This document shows positions 10,154 through 18,574 of a stretch of 36,604 bases of DNA, piece after piece. Numbering within the stretch: the stretch's first letter is position 1; every line of letters begins with the position of its first letter. The DNA is from Ignavibacteriota bacterium (lineage in GTDB: Bacteria; Bacteroidota; Ignavibacteria; UBA10030), in the NCBI GenBank assembly GCA_963727825.1, contig CAVSHO010000006.1, positions 1 through 36,604 of the forward strand. The letters are read 5' to 3'. The position numbers and the translations under genes were made by a program. A model generated the notes under the pieces. That model was not told where the DNA came from. It saw only the letters and a list, made by a program, of their open reading frames with translations, and did no database searches.

Positions 10154-10557
10154 TTCCTCCAAGAGAACGTAGTAGCTCGTTAAACTGGAGGCATAAAACA
10201 AAATCACAATAAGTTTGATACAATACGATTGGAAAACAACGGAAATCGCTACTTGCGTTTTTACACACCGCTTTTGGTTGTTTTTGTGACAATCAATTGG
10301 TGAAATTACGACAGACTTTTTGTTGAAGATGGTTTATGTTTTGTATAATACTACAAGTATATTTATCTTCATTAAAATATGATTTGTTTCTATGAACGTC
10401 GTCAGAAATGTGTGTTAAATATGCACTATCGATCCCTTCATTCTTGACTACAATTTGAAATAATTACTTAAAAGTCTCTAAAAAGAAATTATCGATTTAT
10501 TTGTCAGAAATATAAATAGGGAATTAATTCATATTCTCAAGGAAGGAGCGAGGAAAT

Positions 10558-11514
10558 ATGCTTGAAATTCTTGATAGTCTCGTAGCGACTATAGCTGTAG
10601 TACTCGTGCTGAGCCTTATCGTTCAAGCCATTCAACAAATCATTAAACAAATTTGGAGCTTCAAATCGAACTATATGGAACGCGAACTTTTTGCAATGTT
10701 CCAGCAATCGGGCAGTGGAATTACAAAAGGCTTTATAAAACGGCTTTATGATATTGTTGCGCCGACAGCATTAAAGTTCAAGATTCAGGTAAAGAAAAAT
10801 CCTGAAGCCAAAGAGTTGATCGAAGCGATTAAGGTGAAGATGGCCGGATTAGGATACAATGACTTAGAGCTGCTGGAAAGCTTAAAGATGGAGGACTTCC
10901 GCGAGATTGTTGTATCATTAAACTTTCCAGAGGACAAGTTGGAAGCGTGGAAAAAGGATGTCGAGAATTGGTACGACTTAACGTTAAAAGCTTTTCAGGA
11001 TCACTATGAGAGAAGGATGAAAGCATGGTCATACGTATTAAGTCTATTTGTTGTCTTATGTTTGAATGCAAATATATTTGAGATTCACAAGGAATTCTCA
11101 TCCAACAAGGTCTTACGAGATTCGGCAGTGAAATTGGCTGAGCACTTCACATCGATACCAAAGGATTCACTGATTATCGTGAGTAAAAACGGAAGTAAAG
11201 ATTCCTATGTATATAAGAGTGACACATTATCAGAACAGGCGATTGAACGGCAGATAGTTAGAATAGATTCGCTTGTAAACAATAAATCGTTTCAGATTAT
11301 GAGGTGGAACACGCCAAGTGGAGACCCTATGCGCTATAAAATGTTGTTTGGTATGCAAATTCTTCCATCAAGAAAAGATATAGCAACAGCTACAGAACAC
11401 AACTTTTATGGCTGGCTAGTAATGACACTCCTTGTTGGTCTCGGTGCACCTTTTTGGTATGATACGCTGAAGTCTGTTTTGGGAATAAAAGAATTAATAA
11501 AGTCAAAGTTATAA
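10558..11514 (+). CDS. Conserved hypothetical membrane protein (GWL...GLGAPFWYD.L family)
   Basis: RBS AAGGAG; N-terminal, central and C-terminal hydrophobic segments; VENWYD...YERR and LGAPFWYDTL motifs. Confidence 0.8.
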   Translation: MLEILDSLVATIAVVLVLSLIVQAIQQIIKQIWSFKSNYMERELFAMFQQSGSGITKGFIKRLYDIVAPTALKFKIQVKKNPEAKELIEAIKVKMAGLGYNDLELLESLKMEDFREIVVSLNFPEDKLEAWKKDVENWYDLTLKAFQDHYERRMKAWSYVLSLFVVLCLNANIFEIHKEFSSNKVLRDSAVKLAEHFTSIPKDSLIIVSKNGSKDSYVYKSDTLSEQAIERQIVRIDSLVNNKSFQIMRWNTPSGDPMRYKMLFGMQILPSRKDIATATEHNFYGWLVMTLLVGLGAPFWYDTLKSVLGIKELIKSKL

Positions 11515-11610
11515 ACGCTAATGATCATTTTAAGATATCGCTAGACTGGTTTCAGTATTAATAATATTTTGATAAAACAAAAAATTATAGAGATAGAAAA
11601 GGAGATATTC

Positions 11611-11802
11611 ATGAACGATATAGATACAATTGATGCAGCCTACTCAGATGCTGTTAAGAATCTTTATAATGTGTTATCAACGGCATTCCTGATGGCGGAG
11701 GGCGATGCAGATAAGGAGCGTGTGGCCAAAGAAGCATTCAAGAGAGGTTTAGATCTTGCCCGTAAGGTTCGTGATAACGCAAAAGTTATCGTTAAGATGT
11801 AA
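11611..11802 (+). CDS. Small helical hypothetical protein (63 aa)
   Basis: AAGGAGA RBS upstream of ATG 11611; amphipathic helical sequence. Confidence 0.7.
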   Translation: MNDIDTIDAAYSDAVKNLYNVLSTAFLMAEGDADKERVAKEAFKRGLDLARKVRDNAKVIVKM

Positions 11803-12219
11803 GCTCAGACCTAAATTGCGAGAAAAAGCATCTCTTTCTAAACTTATTGGCCATTCATAATGTCTACTTCAATAAGAAGAGGAGTAGAACGTATTGTCAA
11901 TATTTTAAGTAATGCACTTCGCAAAAAATAATCGCTCGTGCAGGTATGAAAGTTATGGACTGCTGTATGAATTGCAAGATCATTTTGAGTATTATGAAAT
12001 CTGGGTCTCAATTGCCGACATACTTTGGAATTATAGAATGTTCTTTTTACATAGTGAAGTAAAATACTTTGATGTGCTTTGAACGTGTCTTTTATATTGT
12101 CTTGCTTTCCGGTGATCATTTCTTTTATCCTATATTCTACAGCCTATTTATATTGCATCTTAGGTAAAGCGTTATTACAATAACTGTGGTTTTGATGTAC
12201 GCAGTAAGTTGTACTAGTT

Positions 12220-12333
12220 GGGAGTTCGGGATTCAGCTTTACCCCCGTTAGAAATTCACAAAAAGAATAAAGAGTCCGTTCGGGATTTATTCTACCGGGC
12301 AGAGTGCGTTACAAGAAATCTCGAGAAGCCTCC
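12220..12333 (+). ncRNA. Candidate structured RNA (layout recalls Acido-Lenti-1/Flavo-1 motifs) interrupted by a palindromic insertion
   Basis: GGGAG-TTCGGGATT ... GTGCGTTACAAGA-AATCTCGAG-AAGCCTCC pairing; inserted CCCGTTAGAA...TTCTACCGGG at 12244-12299. Confidence 0.4.
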
Positions 12334-12394
12334 AGCACTTGCCCGCTACTTTTTTTGGGCGGGGGGAAAAAATGATGGAGGCTTTTTGTGTTTT
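12326..12394 (+). terminator. Intrinsic terminator-like stem with a nested hairpin
   Basis: AAGCCTCCA (12326-12334) / TGGAGGCTT (12376-12384) followed by TTTGTGTTTT; inner CCCGC...GCGGG hairpin. Confidence 0.5.
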
Positions 12395-12420
12395 ATAGAC
12401 CAAGGTCTTGAAAATATAAA

Positions 12421-12933
12421 ATGATCACAACGCTTCACAATAGGAAAACGATACGATTAAAAGAATACGATTATGCTCGGCCAGGAGAATATTTTATTAC
12501 GATATGCACATACGAAAAAGAAGATACATTCGGTGAGACCATCGCAGACGAAATGAGGTTATCGCAAGAAGGAAGAATTGCACAACAATGTTGGAGGCAA
12601 ATACCGAGTCATTTTGAGGATGTGGAATTGGATGAGTTTGTTGTTATGCCCAATCACATCCACGGTATAATAATTTTGAATGATCATGGTAGGGACGTTC
12701 AATTGAACGTCCCTACAAGGTTGTCGCCGAAAAAAGGTTCGTTATCTATAATCATAAGGACATACAAAGCAGCGGTTACAACAGAATGCAGGCGTAAAGG
12801 GTTATGTGATTTCCGCTGGCAATCTCAATTTTACGAACATATTGTACGCGATAGCAAGGATTTGAATAATATTCGAGATTATATCACAGGGAATGTTCTT
12901 AAATGGGTGTCCGATTCAGAATATATACAATGA
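12421..12933 (+). mobile_element. REP-associated tyrosine transposase (RAYT, Y1 HUH family)
   Basis: RKTIRLKEYDY..PG.YFITICT, MPNHIHGII (HUH), WQ..FYEHIVRD, DYI catalytic Tyr. Confidence 0.93.
12689..12716. repeat. Perfect 28-bp GTAG-type REP palindrome inside the RAYT CDS
   Basis: GTAGGGACGTTCAA|TTGAACGTCCCTAC. Confidence 0.9.
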
Positions 12934-13051
12934 AATTATTTATAAACAAAAAAAACGGAACTCGATAGAATGAATTTCAGAGATCTAACTCCGATGAAAT
13001 GCCATCTAATAATGATGTGGAGCCATCTGACATCGGCGGGGAGCTCCCTCT

Positions 13052-13267
13052 GAGCTTACACAACAGGAATATATCTCTTTAAAGTACCAACTTGGCACCT
13101 TAATGAGAGGCGAATATTCCAAGTACCTGCATTTTGCTTTTACCGAACAAAGTGTTGCCATGCTTTCTGGATTACTATAAAGCAAACGTGCAGTACAAGT
13201 CAATATTGAAATAATGAGAGCATTTGTAAAACTACGAGATAAAACGATATTAATAAAATTATACTGA
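13052..13267 (+). pseudogene. ORF6N-domain DNA-binding protein remnant
   Basis: Hand translation [61 protein letters not shown]; TAA at 13178-13180; N-terminus absent. Confidence 0.85.
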
Positions 13268-13351
13268 TGTATAAAACAGATCTCGAAATAGGAATAATGT
13301 GTTCTCAAGAAGAACTTGGGAATGATATGAAATTAAAATGGTTGCATTGCC

Positions 13352-13460
13352 GCAGTGACGCTGTACGCTATGAAGTAGATGGCGCTAAAAGCGTCAGCGC
13401 GGAACACGACAGTGTGAGGCGCCACTTAACGTCGGTCCGTTATGTATACGTTTTGAAATC
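13352..13460 (+). repeat. Decayed attC-like/palindromic intergenic element
   Basis: GC-rich stretch with TGGCGC/GCGCCA inverted pair, ending in GTTATGT and GTTTTGAAATC. Confidence 0.35.
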
Positions 13461-13509
13461 ATCGTGAGAAATTACTAAAAGAATATAATCACTATATATA
13501 AGGTGTCTT

Positions 13510-14031
13510 TTGAAAAAGTTTTTTATAATTATTTTCTTCTTAATTTTAATTGCTTGGCTAATCTATTTCTTTTATGACAACGGCGCTTACACTTTTACAG
13601 CAGAAGTGGATGGTACTCTGCTAGAAGGAATAAGTTCATTTGCGGAATATTCTGGTGGTATGTTGAGTATTTTTACAATTCTAAATGATTCTGGACAAAA
13701 AGGAATCATCATTTTCATAAAGGCTTCAGAAACTGGCAATTATTTACTTAACTCAGAAACAGGATCCGTTGACGGACAAGGAAACTATGGGCAATATCAC
13801 TATGGGGATGAAGGCAATCGTATTATTTTCTTATCAAATGGCCAATATCAAGGGAAATGTAAAATAACGACACTCGATTTAAGTAACAAAAAGGTATCGG
13901 GTACCTTTGAATTTGAAGCCATTGAGTCAATATGTGCTCCAACTGGTTATGCATATGGCACGCGAGTAGTTCGTATTACAAATGGCAAATTTAAAAATGT
14001 ACCAATAAAATATTTAGCTGAGTATCAATAG
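13510..14031 (+). CDS. Membrane-anchored hypothetical protein (DUF6252-like)
   Basis: N-terminal TM; FTAEVDG, ITTLD..NKKVSGTFEF, ITNGKF motifs; TTG start. Confidence 0.7.
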   Translation: MKKFFIIIFFLILIAWLIYFFYDNGAYTFTAEVDGTLLEGISSFAEYSGGMLSIFTILNDSGQKGIIIFIKASETGNYLLNSETGSVDGQGNYGQYHYGDEGNRIIFLSNGQYQGKCKITTLDLSNKKVSGTFEFEAIESICAPTGYAYGTRVVRITNGKFKNVPIKYLAEYQ

Positions 14032-14227
14032 ATTTCGAATGAAATATCACGCAATAAAAAGTAGTAAACAATACTCGCATTATTTAAAAAAGCAACCTGA
14101 CCAGGTACTTGCCTGCTAACAACTCAGGGGGTAGCTATATTTGCGTGTGACTGATATCTCATGTACTTTATTTTCAGTTGAAATATCTAAAACGTTCTTT
14201 AAAGTCATTCCAATAGGAAAAATTTTT

Positions 14228-15025
14228 ATGAATATCAGCCATATTTTATTACCCGTTCTAATTCTATGTGCCGCGTCGCAGTTTGACTTCGCACAGAAAG
14301 TCGATATGCCCGATTGGTCGAAGCCGGGATCCGCAACACATACACAGGTATCACCACCAACAGATTTTCATCGACCTGCAAGAACATCCAATATATCAAT
14401 TGGTATATTTGAAGGCCAATCCGATATCGGGGCTGCGGTAGTGATGGGCAGTTCCAGTTATGACTCCACCACAAAGCAATATGCAATCATATCCGCCGGT
14501 TATAATGTATGGTACGTGCGCGATGAATTCCGATATCTCTGGAGAAAAATGTCGGGTGATATTTCTTTGGCGGCTGATATTAGCTTTCCGGATTCACTTG
14601 GCTTCTTCGACCGTAAAGCTATCCTCGTCATTCGACAGAGTCTTGATGATGATTCCAAAGAAGCTATAGTTGCCCTCCATGGTGAAGGTATGATACATCT
14701 GGCATGTCGTCCCGAGAAAGGTTTGCGCATTAAAGATATGGAGTATCGCATTGGCAGCCGCGGTGGCATCCCCGGAGGCAAGTCGCCGGACGATCTTGTC
14801 ATCGCCCATGCCAAACGTATAGGTATCGAAAAAAGTGGCGATTCGTTTGCACTTTTCGTCAGCATGAACGGCGAACCAATGCATCAATTTGGCGCTTCCA
14901 TTCAGTTGCATATTGACGAGCCGTTCTATGCCGGTATTGGCTTCTGTTCACATATTCCGGACAAGGCAGATACAGCCATATTGTCTAATGTCGTCCTTGT
15001 TAACGCTGCCGGCAAGATTCGCTAA
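14228..15025 (+). CDS. Exported beta-sandwich protein resembling the N-terminal domain of Tol-like proteins
   Basis: Signal peptide from ATG 14228; FEGQSDIG, GYNVWYVRDEFRYLWRKMSGD, GIGFCSH. Confidence 0.7.
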   Translation: MNISHILLPVLILCAASQFDFAQKVDMPDWSKPGSATHTQVSPPTDFHRPARTSNISIGIFEGQSDIGAAVVMGSSSYDSTTKQYAIISAGYNVWYVRDEFRYLWRKMSGDISLAADISFPDSLGFFDRKAILVIRQSLDDDSKEAIVALHGEGMIHLACRPEKGLRIKDMEYRIGSRGGIPGGKSPDDLVIAHAKRIGIEKSGDSFALFVSMNGEPMHQFGASIQLHIDEPFYAGIGFCSHIPDKADTAILSNVVLVNAAGKIR

Positions 15026-15169
15026 TATAGGATGCGCTCAAAAGAAGACAATTTTATTTGCGTTTGATTGACCTCGGTTACTGTTTTTTCTTCCGAAGTA
15101 ATATATGATATATGGACATCATATATCTATTCAGATGTTAGGGCGGCAAACCGAACAAATGAGATTGCG

Positions 15170-15385
15170 ATGAAAGTTACTGTAAAGAATTGGAAAGAGG
15201 TTGAATGTAAAATTCGTAATGCGGGGGTGAAGGATGCTATCTGCAATTCCAATGGTGAGCTTGAAACCATAATTACGAAGAATGGAGAGCAATACGAGGT
15301 TTCAAAAGAACTATTTTTCGAGCTTCAAAAATTAGATATAATCGAGATGAAACCTGGAACACGCACTGAGCCAAAAAGGAAGTGA
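15170..15385 (+). CDS. Small hypothetical protein (71 aa), cassette-like
   Basis: ATG 15170; flanked by GTTAGGG (15137) and ACCTAAC (15415). Confidence 0.55.
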   Translation: MKVTVKNWKEVECKIRNAGVKDAICNSNGELETIITKNGEQYEVSKELFFELQKLDIIEMKPGTRTEPKRK

Positions 15386-15527
15386 GTGGCTTACGTGAAA
15401 CGCCAAAGAATGCTACCTAACCATGCGTTTCCTGAAGGGATCTGCCAGGCACATGTTTTTGCCACCCTTTAGATAAGCTTTTATGCCAAAAATCAAATTG
15501 TCTTTAATAATTTAAATCTTTATTGAA

Positions 15528-16529
15528 ATGGAGGATATTATGTGGTTAAGAAAAAATATTTTTTCCTTTAGCATTTTTGCTACTTTATCGCTTGGTTTTA
15601 TTGTTTCGGCTGATGCAGCAGACCCTTGCGACCGAGCATGTCTTGAAAGCTATATCGATAAAGTAATTTCTGCTATGATAGCGCATAATCCTAATCAGCT
15701 TATGCTTGCGAGAGATGTCCGATATACGGAAAATGGCATAGAGCTGCGGCTTGGTGATGGAATGTGGGCAACACTAAGCGCGCGTGGAAAATATAATCTT
15801 TATGTTTCCGATCCGGAAAGTGGGCAAGCCGGATTTTATGGAACTGTTTCCGAGAACGGCGGAATGAATTATATAGCGCTAAGGGTAAAAGTATTTGAAG
15901 CGTTAATTAGTGAAATAGAAATAATTGTCGTACGCCCAAGTGGAATGATGATCACATCAGACCAAACTCCTTCTCCGTCCACGGGTCAGGTTATGGATCA
16001 AAAGTCACCCAGATCGCAGTTTTTACAAACAGTATCAACTGCTGAGAGAATGAGTCGAGCGCACATGGTTGAAATAGCCAATTCATATTTTATGGGTCTT
16101 GCCAATCAAACAGGAAAATTTACAGCACCATTTGCCAAGACATGCGAGCGATGGGAAAACGGAATTCACACAACGAATCAAAAACCAAATCCAAAAATCC
16201 CTAAAGGCGAGCTCGACATTCTTTGTATGAGCTGCGAAGAACAACAAAAGTCAGGGTGGTTCGCATTTGTAACCGATATTCGGAATAGGCGCTTCCCTGT
16301 TGTTGACATCGAAAGGGGACTGGTTCTATCATTCGGATTTTTCGATCATAATGCAGCCTTTCGACAGTACCCTCTCCCGGATGGCAAAATGACACCGAAT
16401 ATATTAACTTATCCACAGACAATCGAAATATCTGAGCTCTTCCAGATTAGAGACGAAAAAATAGATCAGATTGAGGCTGTGATAAACTCTGTACCTTATC
16501 GTATGAAATCGGAAGTCTGGGATAAATAG
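15528..16529 (+). CDS. Secreted hypothetical protein (CDRACL family, recalled as DUF8021-like), paralog 1
   Basis: Signal peptide ending ADA; CDRACL, RYTENG, IANSYF, C.RWENG, RNRRF.VVD.ERGLV; alternative start at 15540. Confidence 0.8.
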   Translation: MEDIMWLRKNIFSFSIFATLSLGFIVSADAADPCDRACLESYIDKVISAMIAHNPNQLMLARDVRYTENGIELRLGDGMWATLSARGKYNLYVSDPESGQAGFYGTVSENGGMNYIALRVKVFEALISEIEIIVVRPSGMMITSDQTPSPSTGQVMDQKSPRSQFLQTVSTAERMSRAHMVEIANSYFMGLANQTGKFTAPFAKTCERWENGIHTTNQKPNPKIPKGELDILCMSCEEQQKSGWFAFVTDIRNRRFPVVDIERGLVLSFGFFDHNAAFRQYPLPDGKMTPNILTYPQTIEISELFQIRDEKIDQIEAVINSVPYRMKSEVWDK

Positions 16530-16591
16530 AAATGTGTCAGAAATTGGAATTTATATCTTTTACTAATAAACTTTATATAGAAGAAAAATAT

Positions 16592-17542
16592 ATGAAAAAA
16601 AGTTCGATAGTAATTTGTCTTTTTCTATTATTAGGACTGTTTTCCTGTAATCCAAGTGCCGAGAAATTAGATCGGTCGGGTCTAGTTGTATTAATGGAAA
16701 AATATCTCGCAGCTTTAGCGAAACATGACCCCTCGAGTGTGCCGCTCGCAAAAGACGTGAAGCTTGTGGAAAATACTGAGGTAACTCCGATAGGAAAAGG
16801 TCTCTGGCAAACAGCTACAGGAGTACCAACGGAATTTAAAATTTTTATCGCCGATCCCGTTGAAGAACAAGTCGGATTTATGGGAGTCATCCAGGAAAAT
16901 AATAAACCAACTATCTTGGCCGCTCGCCTAAAGATCGTCGATGGTAAAATCACTGAGATCGACCACCTTGTGATTCACTCAGATAGTCTTCCTCTGAATC
17001 CTAATATGTCAAAAGTACGTCCGGGATTAATTGAGCCAATAAAACCGTCCGAGCGTGTGCCGCGCGATCAGATGCTGAAGATTGCTAACTCATATTACGA
17101 AGCGCTCGTACAGGAGGACGGGACTATCTGTCCCTTCGCTGATGAGAGTCAGAGACGCGAGAACGGCGGAATCACTTCAAACGATCAAACACAAACTCCA
17201 GAAGAAGCAAAGAAGGACGACTTTTCAGTATTCAGAAAGATGAAATCCGGTGAACAGCTCAGTACAGGCGTTATGAGTTATATAACCGATATAAATCGGC
17301 GTCGTTTACTTGCCGTGGATGAAGAGATGGGATTGGTATTTGCCTATTCAATGTTCGTTCATAATGGTGTACCCAAAGTAATGAAAATTAAAGGTGTACC
17401 CGGAATAACCGAAAGACTCAATAAATGGGGGCCGTTCGATCTTCCAGCCGCTCATGTTTTTAAAATCAGAAACGGCAAAATCTATGAAATTGAAGCTATC
17501 GGGTATGTGGCAAAACATGGAATAAAGAATGGTTGGGAATGA
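16592..17542 (+). CDS. Lipoprotein of the same family, paralog 2
   Basis: MKK + hydrophobic stretch + LFSC lipobox; IANSYY, RRENG, NRRR...VDEEMGLV, FKIRNGKIYEIEA. Confidence 0.8.
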   Translation: MKKSSIVICLFLLLGLFSCNPSAEKLDRSGLVVLMEKYLAALAKHDPSSVPLAKDVKLVENTEVTPIGKGLWQTATGVPTEFKIFIADPVEEQVGFMGVIQENNKPTILAARLKIVDGKITEIDHLVIHSDSLPLNPNMSKVRPGLIEPIKPSERVPRDQMLKIANSYYEALVQEDGTICPFADESQRRENGGITSNDQTQTPEEAKKDDFSVFRKMKSGEQLSTGVMSYITDINRRRLLAVDEEMGLVFAYSMFVHNGVPKVMKIKGVPGITERLNKWGPFDLPAAHVFKIRNGKIYEIEAIGYVAKHGIKNGWE

Positions 17543-17833
17543 ATAAAATTGTGTCGTAAGGATTTGATTTACACATTTAAATTTATAGCTTTTTATAAAA
17601 TTGGTAATACCGGAAAATATTTGGTGTAAACGGTCCATTAATATTTATTGATGGCATGTTTGGTTTGGAGGGTGGTTTAATAGTAACTATTACAATCAGA
17701 ATTAAAAATTAATTGCTAATTTTCGTTTCAAATCCCCTCCAATCAAGAGCTTTTAGTAAATATATCATTGTTTGATATCGCTGTATTGTTCAAATTGTCG
17801 TTGAAAAACTATAAAAGTGTTGGGAATTCTTAA

Positions 17834-17862
17834 TTGCTCTCCAGTGTTTTATTCTGTATATT
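17834..17862 (+). promoter_or_regulatory. Putative sigma70 promoter of cmk-ispH-rpsA
   Basis: TTGCTC-17 bp-TATATT. Confidence 0.45.
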
Positions 17863-17872
17863 GTATATTCAA

Positions 17873-18574
17873 ATGGCACGAAAGGATGAGTTTAAGAAGA
17901 TAGCCATCGCGATAGATGGGCCAGCTGCATCCGGTAAAAGCACGACGGCAAAGTTAGTGGCTCATAAGTTGGGTTATCTTCACATTGATACAGGCGCAAT
18001 GTATCGTGCTATTACTTTAAAAGCGCTTGATAAAAAAATTGATTTAAACAATAAAAATGAAATTGTCCACATTGCACAGACAAGTACCGTTCGGTTGGAA
18101 GTAGAAGATGGTACCACTAAGGTTTTTTTAGACGGTGCTGATGTAACGAAACAAATTAGAACACAATTAGTGAATCGTTCCGTAAGCACTGTGAGCAGTT
18201 ATAAAGGTGTCCGCGATGTAATGGTGCAAGAGCAGAAGAAGATGGCGGCAAACGGCGGTGTTGTTTTAGAAGGGCGTGATATCGGTACGGTTGTTCTTCC
18301 AAAAGCAGAATTAAAAATATTTATGGTAGCAAGTGTCGAAGAACGAGCCCGGCGTAGAAAAAATGACCTTGCACTGGTTGGAATAGAAACACATCAGGAT
18401 GATTTGGTAAAAGAAATTGTTGCGCGTGATCAAAAGGATTCAACCCGTGAAGCAAGTCCGCTGCGAAAAGCTCCGGATGCAATTGAATTAGACACTTCCC
18501 ATTTGACTATTGAGGAACAAGTCGATTTCATTTTGAAACGTGCAAAGGAAATTATTCGGGAAAAAGAAAAATAA
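17873..18574 (+). CDS. cmk: Cytidylate kinase
   Basis: IAIDGPAASGKST, DTGAMYR, EGRDIGTVV, RDQKDSTR. Confidence 0.97.
   Translation: MARKDEFKKIAIAIDGPAASGKSTTAKLVAHKLGYLHIDTGAMYRAITLKALDKKIDLNNKNEIVHIAQTSTVRLEVEDGTTKVFLDGADVTKQIRTQLVNRSVSTVSSYKGVRDVMVQEQKKMAANGGVVLEGRDIGTVVLPKAELKIFMVASVEERARRRKNDLALVGIETHQDDLVKEIVARDQKDSTREASPLRKAPDAIELDTSHLTIEEQVDFILKRAKEIIREKEK

Noticed and set aside
11844-12119. 91-aa minus-strand ORF
   Set aside because: No recognisable motif and atypical composition; cannot support it as a gene.
12218-12424. 68-aa ORF upstream of the RAYT
   Set aside because: It spans hairpins and homopolymer tracts with a TTG start; better explained as structured non-coding sequence.
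13267-13467. 66-aa ORF
   Set aside because: It overlaps the palindromic element and has no recognisable family or RBS.
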